The translations under genes were made by a program, and so were the position numbers. The notes under the pieces are model-generated. The model did not search any database. It saw only the letters and a program-made list of their open reading frames with translations, and was not told the DNA's origin. This document shows positions 56,201-64,000 of a DNA stretch of 64,000 nt, piece by piece (position 1 is the first letter of the stretch; each line of letters opens with the position of its first letter). Source of the DNA: Bacillota bacterium (GTDB lineage: Bacteria > Bacillota > Clostridia > Saccharofermentanales > Saccharofermentanaceae); contig DAIPXZ010000001.1 in assembly GCA_036782995.1 (NCBI GenBank), forward strand, positions 1-64,000, read 5' to 3'.

Positions 56201-57183
56201 TGGAACTCTCTTCCTAAGTATTCGCCTCGCATAGCCCAAATCGGTAAGAGGACAAGTTCTCCGATACCAAGTGGATAATCGGTCTTATCAGAATAGAAGG
56301 AAATATCGTATTGCACAGAATGTGCGTCATATATCATTTGACGGGTCCATTTCTTGATGCGCCCCATGAACTCTTGCATCATTGAAATCGCATCTTTATA
56401 TGTCGCTACGACCGGAACATCACCCAATGCCGTTGTCGTAACCGGGACCATCTTAGAAAAATCATATGGTTGAATGTTGCGAACCGTATTGTCAGGTAAA
56501 CATCCAGTCGCGTCAAAAGGTACGCCCATCCATGATAAAACACCACCTGTGATTCTTTCGGTCGGTAGTTCCTGCGTCTCTTTGACACCGCGAAGGCTAT
56601 TATTAATCTTTTTAAAAGAAGAACGAAGCGGCATCATCAGCTCTTTTAATTGTTCCGGAGCCGCCGTGTCCAAGATTGATTGCGTAGGAATATGCTTCAA
56701 CATTGCGGTGAGTCGCACGTTCGCTAATACTTCGTAGTTAAATATCCAACACGGAACATAGACCTTCTTTAGAAGGGCCTTGTTCTCATCAGTTACCAGT
56801 GCACGTCCGACAGCCGAGTTATTTCGACAGTATTCTTCAAAAACGCTTTCCGCTTTTTGTCGATTGTAGGAAAACAGAATCATTCGACGTGGCATCGCCC
56901 CTAGCGCCGGGCCCTTATCCGTAAGCTTCGAAACACCACAAAGTGGGCAATCCATCTTTTGACCATCTGCTACTCTTGCGAATACCTGACCACCGCATTC
57001 TTCACAGGTAAATGAATGATAAGCCTTTTCGTCCCATGCTTCACTAACGTAATATCCGCCTTCCAATTCAAGAACTTCATCTGCCGGTGTTAAATCGGTA
57101 TGGCAAAAACAGCAACGATATTTCTTCGACTCATCAAAAATCAAATCCGCCGAGCAATTCGGACAATGAAATGCTATATCCAT
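53257..57183 (-). CDS. double zinc-ribbon protein, uncharacterised family (long paralog, 1308 aa, with a ~915-aa disordered C-terminal region)
   Basis: The start is set at MDIAFHCPNC (ATG 57183) by homology with the paralog and an upstream AGGAGG. The two ribbons are CPNC...CCFC and CEEC...CPLC. From about aa 421 of the track ORF the sequence is low-complexity and rich in P/S/T/A/E/K. Confidence 0.7.
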   Translation of the reverse strand: MDIAFHCPNCSADLIFDESKKYRCCFCHTDLTPADEVLELEGGYYVSEAWDEKAYHSFTCEECGGQVFARVADGQKMDCPLCGVSKLTDKGPALGAMPRRMILFSYNRQKAESVFEEYCRNNSAVGRALVTDENKALLKKVYVPCWIFNYEVLANVRLTAMLKHIPTQSILDTAAPEQLKELMMPLRSSFKKINNSLRGVKETQELPTERITGGVLSWMGVPFDATGCLPDNTVRNIQPYDFSKMVPVTTTALGDVPVVATYKDAISMMQEFMGRIKKWTRQMIYDAHSVQYDISFYSDKTDYPLGIGELVLLPIWAMRGEYLGREFHYAMNAQNGVVEANIPMAKVASQNDKTGYHEYANMDRCTALKDTHFEFDLYNPAHEILDYSFFEKPKTRKPKKPDDFDAQLMVHTATEADIKADEEAKKRAEAMEKRRAEAANRPEGAPLLDIPIVTNISDLTKMPQKKKLEPITRPAAIKAAAKENPGEMKAAVEAPAWAKNSKPTEVAVPNSNRTVRTKKPAIEKKETQVPVWDRPQDASVNAFGAHVPEKKVSSMKAKVNGEEEQPIEAVQAPASTLSSSKTMEQNHPAWESAYISNMSDVQSTQIASPLMNLDGLTLADLDAETINSLPLSALRELKRREAAMEQPSTEEKNATTTVSRADNDTDDSLKSTTKKGIVESADDIVPDKSRKTKSAVEKADDIVLQAKKATTPKTTSQPLPMKEEVTPVGADTFEKEEQHLSLSFMEKKAPIIEEEKHMPLPMVEKDEDVLPTPKPVSKPLAPREPSPLAQMARSVSTPSEDDSIHMPRKPIWGEMPAGETPDWAKKTSASATTVGQNGQIKRPPRPNMSVPASQDSTLQHKAPVQATSASEPTTSRESVAATRPGAASRPGTSTRSDSTTSRPTVATNAPSTPKTDTSSVSRSPLSSAITPPPTWGRPEDSISPFASRRSVSQEETQASTTAAQATSGPAMRGHRSQEENSSKSVPIWERSIRSDRPIPTWASPSTGLPEPEDTKPRFAKPQDIVINVEKPRNNSVLAAADHSATSRGGEMPLHQKEELTIDEDKQPSTSSSSANEPAATRPGSALRPNTTLDETVNTSVRGTEDESSPITFSSDRPRTYRERRALEEAARQANVQAAFKASSEDAPVFAPKAEQPVEEPVEYTRSVPMTIHTADVEESNREQDEEVLPAFSVKESTINVENTNMAAVMLRPGSRTVEESNLTEHPTGTTLQETAQPVATGTRPPEDEGLPRYGGERPIPSLAYGGMDPIRKGIVEEEAAARRSLSDIPKFDPNGPSPFAKKPIRRER

Positions 57184-57275
57184 GTTGGGTTTATCCCTCC
57201 TGTCGCGAAAGCGTGATCGCCTTACTGAGGCCTTCGCTAACGATATCTCTACTAGAGCAATTATAGTCAAACTAT

Positions 57276-57304
57276 AATATAAAGGGTGAACGGATTATTG
57301 TCAA
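57276..57304 (-). promoter_or_regulatory. near-consensus promoter TTGACA-17-TATATT upstream of the zinc-ribbon operon
   Basis: Minus strand reads aataaTTGACAataatccgttcaccctTTATATTatag. The -35 is at 57299-57304 and the -10 at 57276-57281, about 90 nt before ATG 57183. Confidence 0.45.
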
Positions 57305-57340
57305 TTATTTTTTGTTATTTACGAGTGCTGTAAAGTGTCA

Positions 57341-58270
57341 TTAAACAAAAATAATCGAACAAAAGAATATCATTATTGGCAACGTTATCACCATCAAAAG
57401 CATGCTTTGCACGACCGAGCGCGCCGCGAATTTCGGTGCGCAATTGTATTTTTCGGAAAAGATAACGTTCATCGAGCCACATGGCAAAGCACACATCAAC
57501 ACAATGACAGCGGCTGTAGTTGGCATAATCGGAACAAGGCGATACAGAATAAACATGGCAAGAAGAGCTAGTCCCGGAATGATAACCAATCGCATTAACG
57601 AAGTCACGTATGCTTTCACGTCACTTATCACCTTGAGAAATGGCAAGGTCGCGATAGACGAGCCGATGATAATCATGGAAAGCGGAATTGTCATTGCCCC
57701 AATATCGGCAACTGGGTCGACAATGATTTCCGGCAAACGGAAAGGCGAGATGAATAGTGCAATCGCCGCGACCGATGCAATCGTCACCGGGTTTAGAATC
57801 AATTGACGAAGCTCGCCCTTCTTCCCACTGACAAGATGAATACCATAGGTGTACATAAATAAGTTATATACCATATTAAATATTACGGCGAGTAATAAGC
57901 CTCTTTCTCCGTAAAGTGCATACATCAAAGGAAATCCGACAAATCCTGTGTTCGCAAAAACCGTCATCGTCACAAAGATGCGCTTCTCGTCGTCTTCAAG
58001 CGGGAGCTTCTTGCTTAATTTCCGCATGAGTACCAATGTCACGGCGTAATAACACATTGCAGCCGCACCCGTCGCCAGCATAGCCTTGACGAGCTCAATA
58101 GAATAATCATAATTTGCAGAAGAAATAATGCTGAATGGCAAGATTGCCTTTAAAAGCAATTCGGAAAGACCTTTTTGAATTCTCTCGTCAATCACGCGAA
58201 ATTTGCGAAGACAAATACCAAGTGACACCATGATAGCAAGTTTAACAATCACATATAGCAAAGCGGTCAT
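57341..58270 (-). CDS. AEC (auxin efflux carrier) family transporter
   Basis: 309 aa, about 10 TM helices in a two-repeat organisation typical of AEC permeases. Confidence 0.8.
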   Translation of the reverse strand: MTALLYVIVKLAIMVSLGICLRKFRVIDERIQKGLSELLLKAILPFSIISSANYDYSIELVKAMLATGAAAMCYYAVTLVLMRKLSKKLPLEDDEKRIFVTMTVFANTGFVGFPLMYALYGERGLLLAVIFNMVYNLFMYTYGIHLVSGKKGELRQLILNPVTIASVAAIALFISPFRLPEIIVDPVADIGAMTIPLSMIIIGSSIATLPFLKVISDVKAYVTSLMRLVIIPGLALLAMFILYRLVPIMPTTAAVIVLMCALPCGSMNVIFSEKYNCAPKFAARSVVQSMLLMVITLPIMIFFCSIIFV

Positions 58271-58345
58271 GAAAAAACTCCTTTTTCGGCTTCATTCGTC
58301 TCGGCACATACAGTCGATTATTTCGGTCGTTCCTGCCAATCGTTC

Positions 58346-59857
58346 TTATTGATCGGCCCACTTACCAGAACGTGCCACCGCGCGATTCCAAAGGTCGATG
58401 AGACGATTTTTCTCGGTCGCCTTCATATTCGGCACGAAAAGCTTATCACATGTCCTCAAGTGCCGCAATTCATCTGTCCCTTGCCAATATCCACAAGAAA
58501 TTCCGGCCATATAGGCAGCTCCTTGAGCAGTTGTTTCACGCTCACGAGGACGATCTACGGGCACATCTAGAATATCCGCCTGAAATTGCATCAAAAACGC
58601 ACTGACACTCGCGCCACCATCCACACGAAGTGAAGTAACGGCGAAGCCGGAATCTTTTTTCATAAGCTCGATGAGATCATACACTTGGTACGCAATCGCT
58701 TCAAGGCATGCACGTGCAATATGCGCTTTTCCTGTACCGCGTGTTAATCCGACAATCGTTCCGCGTGCATACATATCCCAATAAGGTGCACCAAGGCCGG
58801 AAAAGGCCGGTACCAGATACACACCAGCATTATCTTCGACCGATTCGGCAAGCGTATCACATTCCGAAGCACGCGAAATCATCTGCATTTCGTCTCTTAG
58901 CCATTGAATTGTGGAGCCACCATTAAAAACACTGCCTTCAAGAGCGTAGGTGGTTTTCCCGTTTAGTGTCCAAGCGGCTGACGTAAGAAGGCCGTTTTCG
59001 GAGGAAACGATATTCTCACCTGTATTCATGAGGCAAAAGCAACCCGTTCCATACGTGTTTTTCAGATCGCCGGGGTCAAGTGCCATTTGCCCGAAAAGCG
59101 CGGCAGGCTGATCGCCAATAACCGCACAAATACCAACACCGGCAAGACTTTCAATGCCAATAATGCCTTCCGTTACTGTGCCAAAATCAGAAGCCGACGG
59201 CTGCGCCTCCGGAAGCAGGTTCATCGGGATACCAAAAAGCGCACATAGCTCCGCATCCCACGATAATGTATGTATATTAAAGAGCATTGTACGAGAAGCA
59301 TTGGAATAATCGGTTGCATGTGATTTGCCACCGGTTAATCGATATATGAGCCAGGCGTCCACGTTACCGAACATTAACTCCCCTGCATCGGCCATGAGCC
59401 GTGCCCCTGGCACTTCATCGAGAATCCATTTTATCTTTGAAGCAGAAAAATAAGCGTCCATAACCAGGCCGGTCTTGGCCTTAACCTCTGCCTCTCGCCC
59501 TTCTTTTTTGAGCGTTTCGCATAGCGATGCCGTACGACGGCACTGCCAAACAATCGCGGGATAAATTGGTTTCCCGGTTTTCGCAGACCACACAATAGTC
59601 GTTTCTCTTTGGTTTGTTATGCCAATGCCAGCCACGTCGTGTCCCGTAATTCCGGCGGCGCCAAGTGCGCGATCGATAGCGGTGATGGTCGTGACCCACA
59701 AATCGTCGGGATCATGCTCGACCCAGCCCGGCTTCGGATAATGCTGGGCAAATGACTCCTGCCCGACACCGACAGCCTCGCCTTGGTGATTGAAAATGAT
59801 GCATCGTGAGCTTGTTGTTCCCTGATCAATGGCCAAAATAAACTTTTCCATGGTCAC
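58346..59857 (-). CDS. glpK: glycerol kinase
   Basis: FILAIDQGTTSSRCIIF...GITNQRETTIVW...GALFGQ...EGSVF. Full-length FGGY kinase with the GlpK pattern. Confidence 0.95.
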   Translation of the reverse strand: MTMEKFILAIDQGTTSSRCIIFNHQGEAVGVGQESFAQHYPKPGWVEHDPDDLWVTTITAIDRALGAAGITGHDVAGIGITNQRETTIVWSAKTGKPIYPAIVWQCRRTASLCETLKKEGREAEVKAKTGLVMDAYFSASKIKWILDEVPGARLMADAGELMFGNVDAWLIYRLTGGKSHATDYSNASRTMLFNIHTLSWDAELCALFGIPMNLLPEAQPSASDFGTVTEGIIGIESLAGVGICAVIGDQPAALFGQMALDPGDLKNTYGTGCFCLMNTGENIVSSENGLLTSAAWTLNGKTTYALEGSVFNGGSTIQWLRDEMQMISRASECDTLAESVEDNAGVYLVPAFSGLGAPYWDMYARGTIVGLTRGTGKAHIARACLEAIAYQVYDLIELMKKDSGFAVTSLRVDGGASVSAFLMQFQADILDVPVDRPRERETTAQGAAYMAGISCGYWQGTDELRHLRTCDKLFVPNMKATEKNRLIDLWNRAVARSGKWADQ

Positions 59858-59895
59858 CTCGTCTCTGCTTCCGCGTCCGGATTCTTCGAGATTGT

Positions 59896-61404
59896 TTACT
59901 GCTGACAGCGCTTATAAATCGTATTCAATTCTTTTAACCATGCAATATTGATTTGTTTGAGTCCTTCCGTTCCAAAACGCACTCGCCAGTTACCTGTTGG
60001 TGTACCCGGTGTATTCATGCGCGTATCCGCACCGTACCCAAGTAAATCCTGCACCGGTACTACGGCAAGTGACGCGGCACTACTCCACACCGATGTAATC
60101 AACGCATGCAGGCTCAATCCTGAAGGTCCACCCTCGCCCCAATTTTTTCCGTCGAATCGGCAATATTTCAAAGCAAAGTTTCGGTCTGTTTCGGACGCTT
60201 CCCAAAGCCATCCCAGAATGGTGTTGTTATCGTGTGTCCCCGTGTAGGCCACGCAATTTTTCGGATAGTTATGTGGTAGATGTTTACTATCATCATATGG
60301 ATTGAATCCAAATTGCAAGACTCGCATGGTCGCAAATCCGGTCTCTTCGAGAAAGGCTTCCAGTTCCGGTGTCATTTCACCTAAGTCTTCGGCAAAAATC
60401 GGCGCGTCCTTGAAAACTTCACCAATTTTGTTGAAAAGCTTCATACCCGGGCCTTGCTTCCATTCGCCTTCTCGTGCTGTTTTTGCATCGGCAGGAATCG
60501 AATAGTAGGATGAAAATGCGCGGAAATGATCAATTCGGAGAAGGTCGTAATGTAGGAAGTTTTGTTTCAAACGTGCAATCCACCATGAATAGCCCGTTCT
60601 CTCATGTTCATCCCAGTCATAAATCGGATTGCCCCAGAGCTGACCATCTTTGGCAAAATAATCCGGCGGTACACCGGCAACTTGCGAGAAACGACCCTTT
60701 TCGTCCGTCAGGAAAAGGGAACGATTCGCCCATACATCGCTGCTGTCTGCCGACACATATATCGGGATGTCACCGATGATTTTGATACCTATATCGTTGA
60801 TTTCGCGTTTCAGCTCCGTCCATTGCGTATAAAAGACGTATTGAATGAAGCAATAGAACCAAAATAGGTCACGGTGGCGCTCTTCAAAAATTGCGAGAGC
60901 ATCTTCATCGTGTGCGGAAAGAAAAGAATCGGACCAATCCCACCATGCCTTGTCACCCTCTGTGGACTTTATGGCTTGATAGAGTGCGACATCCTTTAGC
61001 CATGGATTAGCTCCGGCAAATTCGTAAACACAGATGAATTTCTTTTCATCGAGTCGAGAGTATGCCTGACGTAGCATGGTCATTCGATTTTCGCGAACAA
61101 ATGCGTAATCGACCGCGTACGGCGAACCGGAATAGCGGCACGCATCCTTTTCCTCACAGGAAAGAAGACCCGCTTCGAAAAGCTGTCTCGGATCAATAAG
61201 TAAGGGGCTGCCTGCAAATGCCGAATCACTCTGATAAGGTGAATCTCCCGAGCCTGGGTTGGTGAAAGGCAATACCTGCCAGTATGTAAATCCCGCTTCT
61301 TTCAGTATTTTTGCAAATCCGACAGCTTCGTCTCCGAATCCGCCAATACCGTATTCACCAGGCAATGATGTAATGTGCATTAGGCATCCTGAACTTCTTT
61401 TCAT
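59896..61404 (-). CDS. malQ: 4-alpha-glucanotransferase (amylomaltase, GH77)
   Basis: MKRSSGCLMHITSLPGEYGIGGFG...RIDHFRAF...VAYTGTHDN. Start at ATG 61404, behind GGGAGGAA. Confidence 0.9.
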   Translation of the reverse strand: MKRSSGCLMHITSLPGEYGIGGFGDEAVGFAKILKEAGFTYWQVLPFTNPGSGDSPYQSDSAFAGSPLLIDPRQLFEAGLLSCEEKDACRYSGSPYAVDYAFVRENRMTMLRQAYSRLDEKKFICVYEFAGANPWLKDVALYQAIKSTEGDKAWWDWSDSFLSAHDEDALAIFEERHRDLFWFYCFIQYVFYTQWTELKREINDIGIKIIGDIPIYVSADSSDVWANRSLFLTDEKGRFSQVAGVPPDYFAKDGQLWGNPIYDWDEHERTGYSWWIARLKQNFLHYDLLRIDHFRAFSSYYSIPADAKTAREGEWKQGPGMKLFNKIGEVFKDAPIFAEDLGEMTPELEAFLEETGFATMRVLQFGFNPYDDSKHLPHNYPKNCVAYTGTHDNNTILGWLWEASETDRNFALKYCRFDGKNWGEGGPSGLSLHALITSVWSSAASLAVVPVQDLLGYGADTRMNTPGTPTGNWRVRFGTEGLKQINIAWLKELNTIYKRCQQ

Positions 61405-61411
61405 GAAATTA

Positions 61412-62383
61412 TTATTCCTCCCGATTTCGAACATAGACTAGTTTGATTTGTGGATTTTTATCATTTGTACGGTGCTCATATTCGACCCAGTCGAGAGATT
61501 GTACCATTTTGGACATTTTTGCGAACCCGTAGTTTCTGGAATCAAATGACGGGCTCTTCTTATTGATGAGGTTACCGACATCTCCCAAGAAGGCCCAGCC
61601 CTCTTCATCTGCCAGATCAGCGATTGAAGAAGCAATCAATTCAATCGTCGCTTCGTCAATTTTGAGAATGGAACGTTCCTCATCTTTGACGATAAAGCCT
61701 GTCGAGGATTCTCTTTCGGCGATATCGGATGTATTCTCTTTATCGTCTTTGTCCTTTTTCGTCTTGCGTGACGTCTTTAATGAGCGTTTGGTCGCTTTTA
61801 CGGCATTCTTTCCCACTGTAGCTTCTGATTTAGCAGAAACAGAATCGTTCGTGGATTGCTTCACTTCAGTTTTATCAACGTCTTTGCTCTTCACGGTCTT
61901 CATCAACAGACCGAGACGTCCCGGCACAGGGCTTTTGCGCGTGTGCGTTTCCAGAATCTCAAGGAAAATGAAGCGATCACAAGCGGCAACGAAAGCCGTC
62001 GGCGTTTTCTTTTCACCAATACCATATACTATTTTTCCTGCTTCACGAAGGCGTGTCGCGAGTCGCGTGAAGTCGCTGTCGCTCGAAACAAGGCAGAAGC
62101 CATCGACCTTTTCCGTATACAATATATCCATTGCATCAATGATGAGTGTCGAGTCCGTCGCATTCTTTCCCGTCGTATAACCAAATTGCTGTACAGGCGA
62201 AATAGCGTGATCCAAAAGGACCGTTTTCCATGGGCCAAGCTGGGGTTTTGTCCAGTCTCCGTATATTCTTTTGATTGTAGGATTGCCATATCGAGCGATT
62301 TCAAGCATCATGGGTTTGATGTAATTCGCGGAGATATTGTCCGCGTCAATCAAAACTGCCAGACGCACGTCTTTTCCGGCCAT
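61412..62383 (-). CDS. NYN (LabA-like) domain protein with a C-terminal OST-HTH/LOTUS domain
   Basis: VRLAVLIDADNISANYI...KNATDSTLIIDAMD...LVSSDSDFTRLATRLREAGK (NYN), a Lys-rich linker, then WAFLGDVGNLINKKSPSFDSRNYGFAKMSKMV (LOTUS-like). Start at ATG 62383, behind GAGGAAGG. Confidence 0.8.
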   Translation of the reverse strand: MAGKDVRLAVLIDADNISANYIKPMMLEIARYGNPTIKRIYGDWTKPQLGPWKTVLLDHAISPVQQFGYTTGKNATDSTLIIDAMDILYTEKVDGFCLVSSDSDFTRLATRLREAGKIVYGIGEKKTPTAFVAACDRFIFLEILETHTRKSPVPGRLGLLMKTVKSKDVDKTEVKQSTNDSVSAKSEATVGKNAVKATKRSLKTSRKTKKDKDDKENTSDIAERESSTGFIVKDEERSILKIDEATIELIASSIADLADEEGWAFLGDVGNLINKKSPSFDSRNYGFAKMSKMVQSLDWVEYEHRTNDKNPQIKLVYVRNREE

Positions 62384-62522
62384 AATTCCTTCCTCTCTTC
62401 TTGCCATAATCAATACTAGGCTGATATAATAGGCAAGTTGCGCGAGTATTGTTTTGCGCCACATTTAATTATAACGTAATTTAGTTTTCTTGCCCACACC
62501 GATAACGAAAGAGGCCTGACTC

Positions 62523-64000
62523 ATGAGTGAACAAATCCATTCCGAAATCAACCGTCGCCGCACCTTTGCCATTATTTCACACCCGGATGCCGGTAAAACA
62601 ACTATGACGGAGAAGCTTCTTCTCTACGGTGGTGCGATTCATATGGCCGGCTCAGTTAAGGCCCGTAAGGCCTCGAAACACGCCACATCAGACTGGATGG
62701 AGATTGAAAAGCAACGTGGTATTTCTGTGACCTCGTCGGTTATGCAATTTAACTATGACGGATATTGCATCAACATTTTGGATACACCCGGTCACCAAGA
62801 TTTCTCTGAGGATACGTATCGTACGCTTTGCGCCGCCGATGCGGCCGTCATGCTTCTCGATGGCGCGAAGGGTGTCGAAGCACAAACCATTAAGCTCTTT
62901 ACGGTATGCCGCAAGCGTGGCATCCCGATTTTCACCTTTATCAATAAGATGGACCGTGCTGCAAAGAATCCTTTCGATCTCATCGACGAACTCGAGAAGG
63001 TGTTAGGTATCCGTTCCACTCCGATTAACTGGCCGATTGGCACAGATGGTGATTTTCAAGGCGTCTACATGCGCGAGACTCAAGAAGTCGAACTTTTCGA
63101 CAGCGAGACAAAGGATCACGGCGCATCGATGGTTAAGGCAATCAACGCCGGTGTAAATGACGAGGCCGCACTCCGAAAGATTTTGAGTGCTTCTCATTAC
63201 GAAACACTGAAAAACGATATTGAATTGCTCGACATGGCAGGCGATCCTTTCGATCTGGAAAAGATTTTGCGAGGCGAATTAACCCCTGTGTTTTTTGGGT
63301 CCGCCATCACGAACTTCGGCGTGGAGCCTTTTCTCAAGAAATTCCTCGCCATTGCTCCTGCCCCACAGCCGCATAATACGACAATTGGAAATATTGAGCC
63401 GACGGAAAACTTTTTCTCCGGTTTTATCTTCAAGGTGCAAGCCAATATGGACCCGAATCATCGTGACCGTATGTCATTCCTTCGCATTTGCTCAGGCAAA
63501 TTCGAAAAAGGGATGACCGTGAAGCAGGTTCGTACCGGGAAAAAGGTCACTCTTGCTCAGCCACAGCAATTTATGGCACAGGATCGTACAATTGTCGACG
63601 ATGCATATGCCGGTGACATTATTGGTCTATTCGACCCAGGCATTTTCCGTCTTGGCGACACGCTTTCCGCTGGGCCGAAGGATTTCACCTTTGATCCAAT
63701 ACCAGTCTTCCCTCCGGAAAATTTTGCGCGTGTACAGCCGAAGGATTCCATGAAGCGCAAGCAGTTCCTGAAGGGCATTGAACAGCTCTCCGAAGAAGGT
63801 GCGGTACAGCTCTATAAGCAACCAGATATTGGTACAGAAACCTATATCATGGGTGTCGTCGGTGTTCTTCAATTTGAAGTATTGGAACACCGACTGAAAT
63901 CAGAATATGGTGTCGACATCATTCGCACCAATCTGAATTATCGTCATGCACGCTGGTGTAAGGCAGAAAGTCCCGACATTTCTATTGATTTTTCGAAGCT
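62523..64000 (+). CDS. prfC: peptide chain release factor 3 (3' end beyond the window)
   Basis: My translation from ATG 62523 reads MSEQIHSEINRRRTFAIISHPDAGKTTMTEKLLLYGGAI...DTPGHQDFSEDTYR. This is a translational GTPase with the RF3 N-terminus. The frame is open to the window edge. Confidence 0.9.
   Translation, partial: MSEQIHSEINRRRTFAIISHPDAGKTTMTEKLLLYGGAIHMAGSVKARKASKHATSDWMEIEKQRGISVTSSVMQFNYDGYCINILDTPGHQDFSEDTYRTLCAADAAVMLLDGAKGVEAQTIKLFTVCRKRGIPIFTFINKMDRAAKNPFDLIDELEKVLGIRSTPINWPIGTDGDFQGVYMRETQEVELFDSETKDHGASMVKAINAGVNDEAALRKILSASHYETLKNDIELLDMAGDPFDLEKILRGELTPVFFGSAITNFGVEPFLKKFLAIAPAPQPHNTTIGNIEPTENFFSGFIFKVQANMDPNHRDRMSFLRICSGKFEKGMTVKQVRTGKKVTLAQPQQFMAQDRTIVDDAYAGDIIGLFDPGIFRLGDTLSAGPKDFTFDPIPVFPPENFARVQPKDSMKRKQFLKGIEQLSEEGAVQLYKQPDIGTETYIMGVVGVLQFEVLEHRLKSEYGVDIIRTNLNYRHARWCKAESPDISIDFSK

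Noticed and set aside
57184-57270. 29-codon N-terminal extension of the 1337-aa track ORF (MTIIALVEISLAKAS...)
   Set aside because: The paralog starts exactly at MDIAF. An AGGAGG precedes ATG 57183. The extension also overlaps the predicted 5' UTR downstream of the promoter.
62523-64000. Checked prfC for a programmed frameshift site
   Set aside because: Programmed +1 frameshifting is a feature of prfB (RF2), not RF3. The frame is continuous from ATG 62523 to the window end.

Overview
This is a gene-dense 64-kb chromosomal segment that looks like a low-to-medium-GC Firmicute, probably Clostridia. Supporting signs are AGGAGG-type ribosome-binding sites, (L/I)PxTG sorting signals, a BceRS/BceAB module, YfhO and a flotillin/NfeD pair. 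I support about 50 protein genes, mostly on the minus strand. I saw no rRNA, tRNA or CRISPR array by eye.

Layout, left to right:
- (i) 1-899: an AT-rich, 5'-truncated large serine recombinase remnant at the left edge.
- (ii) 937-5721: small accessory genes and an orphan eutH permease.
- (iii) 6052-17178: an 11-kb envelope-glycan cluster. It holds rfbF/G/H (CDP-3,6-dideoxyhexose steps), a ThDP enzyme plus an SDR (yersiniose-like branching logic), a GtrB/CsbB-type GT2, and a GtrA domain fused to a large polytopic membrane protein.
- (iv) 18354-25698: a Bce-type peptide-antibiotic resistance module, split by a MATE pump and a DUF2974-like hydrolase, with a TTACA-N4-TGTAA palindrome upstream of bceA.
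- (v) 26765-34159: an HTH / NfeD-like / flotillin operon (the NfeD-like protein has a His/Gly/Asp-rich insert), next to a lysophospholipase-like gene, cardiolipin synthase and an EAL protein.
- (vi) 34314-41426: an ABC-2 transporter followed by a mini-ORF that is essentially only a sortase sorting signal, then a TM-anchored PIG-L deacetylase coupled to YfhO.
- (vii) 43913-48889: a HisKA_3/LuxR two-component system, a GT4 and a GH1.
- (viii) 49068-57304: the most unusual locus. One operon encodes two paralogous double-zinc-ribbon proteins, an M50-like HELGH membrane protein and a tandem PPK2. One paralog carries a ~915-aa disordered tail with eight P-x-W motifs, and both end in a shared DIPxFDxxGPSPF peptide.
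- (ix) 57341-64000: an AEC transporter, glpK, malQ, an NYN-LOTUS protein and prfC (3' end off-window).

All family calls come from reading the translations by eye. None has been checked against a database.
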